Shown here piece by piece: positions 43,955-48,866 of a stretch of 48,866 nucleotides of DNA; within the stretch, counting starts at the first letter, position 1, and each line of letters opens with the position of its first letter. A model generated the notes under the pieces. That model saw only the letters and a list, made by a program, of their open reading frames with translations. It did not search any database and was not told the DNA's origin. The stretch is from positions 1 to 48,866 of the IMG/VR virus record IMGVR_UViG_3300049170_000045. The stretch is one strand, 5' to 3'. This DNA comes from a virus (lineage: Duplodnaviria; Caudoviricetes). Both the position numbers and the translations under genes were made by a program.

Positions 43955-44677
43955 GTGAGCGAGCGCACCGCGCTGTACCGCCTCTACGACGTTGCCAACC
44001 GACTGCTGTACATAGGGATCGCCAAAGATCCAGAGGTCCGCTGGCGGGGGCACGCGGATTCACCCACATCACCGTGGTGGCCTCAAGTGGAGCGCAAGGA
44101 ATTCGAGTGGTTCCCATCCCGGGAAGCCGCTGATGAAGCCGAGACGGTCGCCATCGCGACTGAGCAGCCGCTACACAACCGCGCCAAGGTCGCGATGCAC
44201 CGTAGGCCGAGCTACGGGTTCTGGGGAATCCGGTCGCAAGAAATCAACCGAGCCAGGGCGAACCAGATTCCCCTGTCGCAGCAGGTAGCTAACGTTCTGC
44301 GGGCCGACATCACGGAGGGGCGGATCCGGCCCGGCGATCAGATGCCTAGCGGTCGAATGTTGTTTCGTCGATTCGGCGTCACCGAGAACACGTGCTATCT
44401 AGCGCTGCGGAGACTCGCCGATGAGGGACTCTGCTTTCAACCACGCCCGCGAGGTCGCTTTGTCTGTACGGACCCGACCGCAGGGGCACAGCCCTCGACT
44501 CACGCACCGTCACCGATTCCCGTAGGCGACGAAAGCCTGGTCTACCGAACCTTCCGCTTCGCCGTGAACCATCCAGCCAAGGGTGCGGCTCAGATTCGCT
44601 CCAAGATGTCAGACGAACAGTGGTCCGCCTTCGTAGCTGCCGTCGCAGAGATCGACGGCCAACCCCGCGCTGCCTGA
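43955..44677 (+). CDS. GIY-YIG nuclease-like domain fused to a GntR winged HTH
   Basis: ALYRLYD...LLYIGI...R...H...E..AI..EQPLHN; LSQQVANVLRADITEGRIRPGDQMPS...FGV. Confidence 0.85.
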   Translation: MSERTALYRLYDVANRLLYIGIAKDPEVRWRGHADSPTSPWWPQVERKEFEWFPSREAADEAETVAIATEQPLHNRAKVAMHRRPSYGFWGIRSQEINRARANQIPLSQQVANVLRADITEGRIRPGDQMPSGRMLFRRFGVTENTCYLALRRLADEGLCFQPRPRGRFVCTDPTAGAQPSTHAPSPIPVGDESLVYRTFRFAVNHPAKGAAQIRSKMSDEQWSAFVAAVAEIDGQPRAA

Positions 44678-44693
44678 CCCGCCCCTCCCCCGT

Positions 44694-44720
44694 CGCCCCC
44701 GCCTGTTCAGGGCGGGGGCG
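44694..44720. terminator. Stem-loop between convergent genes
   Basis: CGCCCCCGCC...GGCGGGGGCG. Confidence 0.55.
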
Positions 44721-44762
44721 TCGTGCTGTCTAGCTGCCGGTTGCCGGCTGCTCGCCGTCGCC

Positions 44763-45566
44763 CTAGTCGGCTTGGGCCCGGTCGTCGATGGTGATGCGGA
44801 CTGGGGTTCCGGGGTCGCCGCTGTGTGGCCTGTCGATGATCGCCTGTACGGCCTGCGTAATTTTGCTTTGGATGTGGTCGGCGATGGCCCGGGTGACGGG
44901 GCTGTTTGTGTCGTGGGTGGTGTGGGCAAGGCTGGTGATGGCGGCGACGAGGCTTGGTCCGGAGAGGCGGACTTGTACGAATCCGTCGTCGTCTTTGACG
45001 GCGCCGGGGATGTGGAAGTGCTCGGCGTTTCCGGCGACTTGGACGAGGAATGCCCAGGTGTCTCGGTGGGCTTCGAGGGTGGCGTGGGCTACGCCGGCTG
45101 CGGCTGTCAGGATGGCGTCGCTTGGCAGGTGGTTGTCGTAGTCGGCGGGTTCGGTGAAGTCGACTACGCGCTCGTCGTCCGTCTGGCGCACGGGCTCCGG
45201 AACTGGCGGTGGGGGTGGCGGAGGCGGTGCGGCCTGGGCGACGGCCGGCGGCGCCTGTTCGGGGCGCGCCTTCAGATGGCTGTCAAGGCTGCTGATGCCG
45301 CTGCGGATGGCGCCGAGTTCGGTGCTGATGCGGGTGAGCGGGTCGCCGATCGTGTCGCGCGCGCGGTCCAGCCCGTCACGGATCACGGTCCGGTTTTCGG
45401 TTAGGCCAGTGGTCAGGGCGGCGGTGGTGCCCTGCCGGATCTGGTCGATGGCGAGTTGCTGGTCGGCGGCTTGCTGCTTCAGTGCGGCTAAGTCGGTGCT
45501 GATCTGCCGCAGTTGGTCGAGTACCTGCCGCAGCAGGTTCGCGTTGTCGTTGCCGAAGATCGCCAC
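44763..45566 (-). CDS. Hypothetical coiled-coil protein with a poly-Pro linker
   Basis: GTG 45566 after GGGGGG; GC3 bias. Confidence 0.7.
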   Translation of the reverse strand: MAIFGNDNANLLRQVLDQLRQISTDLAALKQQAADQQLAIDQIRQGTTAALTTGLTENRTVIRDGLDRARDTIGDPLTRISTELGAIRSGISSLDSHLKARPEQAPPAVAQAAPPPPPPPPVPEPVRQTDDERVVDFTEPADYDNHLPSDAILTAAAGVAHATLEAHRDTWAFLVQVAGNAEHFHIPGAVKDDDGFVQVRLSGPSLVAAITSLAHTTHDTNSPVTRAIADHIQSKITQAVQAIIDRPHSGDPGTPVRITIDDRAQAD

Positions 45567-47009
45567 ATGCCCCCCTGGTCGTCGACTGACGTGGCCAGAG
45601 TGGGGGCTTGATCGGCATGTCGACAAGCGCGCGCACCGGTCGCCGGAGGCGCGTTCCCGGCGCTCGTGGCACCGTCCGCTTCTGTTCGACGGTTTCGCCG
45701 CGGGCTTCGCCTCGATGCCCCCGTCGCCTCTGCCGGTTTCACGGCGGCGCCGCCTTGAGGTGTCGGCCGTTGCATTCCGGCCAGCTTCCGCCCGAGGGGA
45801 CAGTGGAACGAAAAGGGCACCAATGGGACGAGGTGGAATGGTCAGCCCGGGGCAAGGGCCGGTATCTCATCGCCCCAGTAGCAGCTCAACCCAGGGGCCA
45901 GATTTCCCTCGGTTTACTATTCCGCACAGGTCAGAAGCATGGCAGGGGCCACCGTGGCGACCGTGAATACTGCGTCTTTCGCCACGTTCGACGGTTCCAA
46001 ATATTGCCGTGGGGTTTGTGGCTGGTCTTCGGTGGTCGTAGCGTTCGACTGCACGGAGGCAGCACCGATGCCGCCTCGGTTATGCCAACTGGGGTGGCAT
46101 GTCGAAGGGGCTTCCGAAGCGGGGGGCCGGGGGCAAGGATTTGGAGGGTCGACCCGAAGGCCGATCCCAATCCGCGTCGGCCGCCGCACATCTGCAGACC
46201 ACTGAGGAACCCCTAGAAATTTTAGGGGTCACGGTCGGTTGCCTGGTCCAGCGTGGGAGCCCTCGCACGCCGATGCTGCTGGGTGTTTCACCTTCAGCCG
46301 TCAGATCCGTGACCGACTAGGAGGACAGCCATTTTCAGCCAACCTAGAACACACCTGAGGTACATGAGTGAATGCATTTACGCAATAAATCCACCCTCCC
46401 GAATTAGGGAAATGGGAGGTCAGGGTTTTCCCTATAGGGCAGATGGCGCTCTGACCTGCGCTTACGACCCTTATAAATTGCCCCCTGGGTGGCGCTGAAT
46501 ATGATCCATGCCAGATGCTCCCCCTGGTTGAATTGCCATCGCTCCAGCTCGCCCGACTTTCTGACAGTTGGCCAGAAGGTAGACCCCCGCCTCCACAAGA
46601 GGGAACTCATCATGTGCTTAGCGTCGCCATCACACCGGACCGTTACGGGGTGCTCAGCTCCTCCCCTTCCCGTCCCGCGCTTGGGGCTGACCGCCCGTCG
46701 CGGGTGCCGCCTGGCTGGCCTCCGACTCACGTGAGTCGGTGGTGCGAACCAGCCACGTTTGGAGCCCGTTTTGTGCAGATACAGAGCCTAGCCCCTTGGC
46801 TGGTGTGATCCCGTAGCGCAAGAGAGGGTCACGCACGCATGGGAAACCATGCAGGTGACTGCCCACCTGCCGTATTCGTTCGCAGAGGGGCATCTGAGCG
46901 GCGGCTACGGTCCAACAGCAGACTGTGTACACCACGTCCGCGGGAGCCGAATCTGATCGCCTACAGCCTCGGCCGGATCGCATCGCTGTTAGCTTCACCG
47001 GAACACGAA

Positions 47010-47065
47010 ACGGCCGGGGTGTGCAACCACCCCGGCCGTCCCAAACAGCTAGCGCTAACTAGCTG
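47010..47065 (+). promoter_or_regulatory. Two-hairpin structured leader
   Basis: ACGGCCGGGGTG-TGCAAC-CACCCCGGCCGT, then CAGCTAG-N6-CTAGCTG, before an AAAGGA RBS. Confidence 0.6.
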
Positions 47066-47101
47066 CTCACCAAGCCCCAACCGTCAAGAAAGGACTCTGT
47101 T

Positions 47102-47404
47102 ATGGAGTCTACGCACAACCCGCAGTCCGGCTTACAGTCAAGCTGCGAGCCGACGGAGTATCTGCTCGATGCTCCGCTCCCCCAGCTGCTGGCGGAGTAC
47201 GGCGTCGACCTGTATGACTCGTCGATCACGGACCGCGGGTTCCTGGGCGCCTTCGTGGAGGACCGGGACGGCCGGCGTGCGTTGTCGATGCCGCGGGGCC
47301 GGTCGGAGTTCGAGCGGGATACGGCGGCGCGGATGCTGCTGGCGGAGGGGTTGGGGCTTGAGGCTCCGCCGCTGCCGGTGCCGTTGAAGGTTGTCCGCTC
47401 CTGA
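47102..47404 (+). CDS. Hypothetical protein with a TTA codon
   Basis: AAAGGA RBS; TTA at 47132-47134. Confidence 0.72.
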   Translation: MESTHNPQSGLQSSCEPTEYLLDAPLPQLLAEYGVDLYDSSITDRGFLGAFVEDRDGRRALSMPRGRSEFERDTAARMLLAEGLGLEAPPLPVPLKVVRS

Positions 47405-47533
47405 TCACGCCCTCCTCGATGCCCCTGTCAGTGCTCCGGCGGGGGCGTCGCGCCGCCATGCGAGGGCTCCTCAGGACGGGCATCCTTGAGGCTCTTGTGG
47501 CGCACTAGGTGCCGCGCGAGGAAAGGGGTGGGA

Positions 47534-48058
47534 GTGGAAGGCTTCTTCGAGGGGCTCGAGAAGGCGATCGACGAGCGGAACTGGCATGCGACGCTGGTCA
47601 TGGCGCTGACGCTGCCGGACATTTGCGTGAAGGGCAGCGACCTCGAAAGGAGGACCTCGAGGTCCCGTTACGCGGAGTGGTTCGAGACCTATGTGGCGCC
47701 GGCGTACACCCGCTACGTCGGGGCTCCTGGCCGCGGGGAGGAGGTCACGTTCCTGTCGGGCAAGGACTGCTATGCGCTTCGCTGTTCCATGCTCCACGAG
47801 GGCAGTGACGACACGACCGCCCATGAGGTGCGCGAGGCGCTCGACCGTTTCCATTTCTGCATCCCGGGTGAGCGCGGTAACAGCATGCACATGAACATGT
47901 GCGACAGGTCGTTGAACCTCATGGTGGACGTGTTCGCCCGCGACGTGCTGGCCGGTGCCCGCGCGTGGTGGGCGTCTCTGCCGGATGGAGAAAAGGCAGC
48001 CGTTCGGGCGCACCAGATCACCTTTCATGACACAGATGGCGACATCCAGTTCGGGTGA
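47534..48058 (+). CDS. HEPN-like protein (R-x4-H), candidate RNase or defence factor
   Basis: ALTLPDIC...RYAEWF...YALRCSMLHEG. Confidence 0.65.
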   Translation: MEGFFEGLEKAIDERNWHATLVMALTLPDICVKGSDLERRTSRSRYAEWFETYVAPAYTRYVGAPGRGEEVTFLSGKDCYALRCSMLHEGSDDTTAHEVREALDRFHFCIPGERGNSMHMNMCDRSLNLMVDVFARDVLAGARAWWASLPDGEKAAVRAHQITFHDTDGDIQFG

Positions 48059-48221
48059 CATCGGCGAGGGCGGGCGTCGTTTGCGTCCAGAGGCCGGGCG
48101 GTACCTCCAGGGCTGGCTGGATGCCCTTGTGCCGCCGACCGCCACCGCCCCGCAAACCGTCGTGCGGAGCGCATGCAGCAGCGCCCCGGTCCGCGTGTGC
48201 GGGCCGGGGCGCTGTGGTGTC

Positions 48222-48482
48222 TCAGTCTGCGAAGGGGTGGGTGAGCCTGACGATGGTGACGCATCGGGCAGGATCGTCGATGACGACTGCGACGATGAGG
48301 GGGCCTAGGCCTGCGGATCGCATGCGGACCGGGTCGGGGATGTCTAGCCCGAGGGCGCCGGTGGCCTGGTCGGGATCCGCTTGGAGCCGTTCGAAGAAGG
48401 TGATGAGCTCGGCTTGGTCGGCCACGTGGAGCGTCGCGATCTGGCGCCGGATGTCGCGTGGGACGACTAGCTCGTATGTCAC
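48222..48482 (-). CDS. RelE/ParE-like toxin candidate
   Basis: YELVV...RRQIATL...LQADP...MRSA...VAVVID...VTIVRL layout; GTGA overlap. Confidence 0.6.
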   Translation of the reverse strand: MTYELVVPRDIRRQIATLHVADQAELITFFERLQADPDQATGALGLDIPDPVRMRSAGLGPLIVAVVIDDPARCVTIVRLTHPFAD

Positions 48483-48784
48483 GCTGCGCTATTTTGCCGC
48501 TTCTGTGTGTTGGCGCGCAGCTCGTTGAGGAAATCTTGGGTACCGCCGTCGTCCGCGTACTGGGGCGGGAGCTCCCCGCCGTGCTGCTTGGCGTACTCAA
48601 GGATCGAGTTCAGGTCGGGCGCGACCTCATCTCGCCAGTGTTCGACGAAGCGCTGCCAGCGGGCGAGAACCTCGGGAAGCTCGGGGAGCGGGGTGAGGTT
48701 GACTTCGCGGAGGAACGTCTGCCGGGTGTCGGCTGCGGGGATCGCGTGGGCGATCGCGTCGATGGTCCACGGCTGGTCGCTCAT
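48479..48784 (-). CDS. Cognate antitoxin candidate
   Basis: Small acidic helical protein, GGAGGA RBS, directly upstream of the toxin-like gene. Confidence 0.55.
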   Translation of the reverse strand: MSDQPWTIDAIAHAIPAADTRQTFLREVNLTPLPELPEVLARWQRFVEHWRDEVAPDLNSILEYAKQHGGELPPQYADDGGTQDFLNELRANTQKRQNSAA

Positions 48785-48866
48785 GCCGTCCTCCCGGCTG
48801 GGGATTCACGGATCGTGATTCTCGGTTGACATTAGTATGGCACCGCCCGTCCGGGCGGGTGGGCGG

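Larger units (their letters stand above)
1..48866. mobile_element. Temperate siphophage/prophage (Streptomyces-like host) carrying a TraB-type conjugation module; incomplete in the window
   Basis: Integrase, repressor, terminase, portal, HK97-type capsid, tail, tape measure, lysin and holin present; no host housekeeping genes; no replication genes inside the window. Confidence 0.92.

Noticed and set aside
45608-46998. ORF-track ORFs in the 45.6-47.0 kb gap
   Set aside because: No clear RBS, codon bias or motifs; not called as genes.

Overview
GC-rich actinobacterial (Streptomyces-like) temperate siphophage, mostly transcribed leftward. Left to right: Cro/repressor pair and tyrosine integrase, followed by an apparently intact attP (CTCCCCAG arm repeats on both sides); an accessory region (XRE, GntR, Ku, Excalibur protein, HNH plus serine resolvase with a res site); lysis genes; a complete tail, head and packaging operon; and a Streptomyces plasmid/AICE-type conjugation module placed directly upstream of the late operon on the same strand. 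That module has traA, traB (FtsK-like), spdB-like and small membrane genes, 8-bp clt-like repeats, Nudix and GntR genes. A HEPN-like gene and a RelE-like toxin-antitoxin pair lie at the right end. Replication genes are not in the window. Strongest observations: (1) an apparent phage-conjugative element hybrid; (2) the terminase large subunit is split exactly at Walker A by an in-frame G-GGA-AAA slippery heptamer, a candidate programmed -1 frameshift, although a sequencing error or pseudogene is not excluded; (3) a glycosyltransferase coupled to the major capsid gene plus a methyltransferase in the late operon; (4) an HTH-Nudix/Nudix/GIY-YIG-GntR operon. All calls come from motif recognition by eye; no database searches were run.
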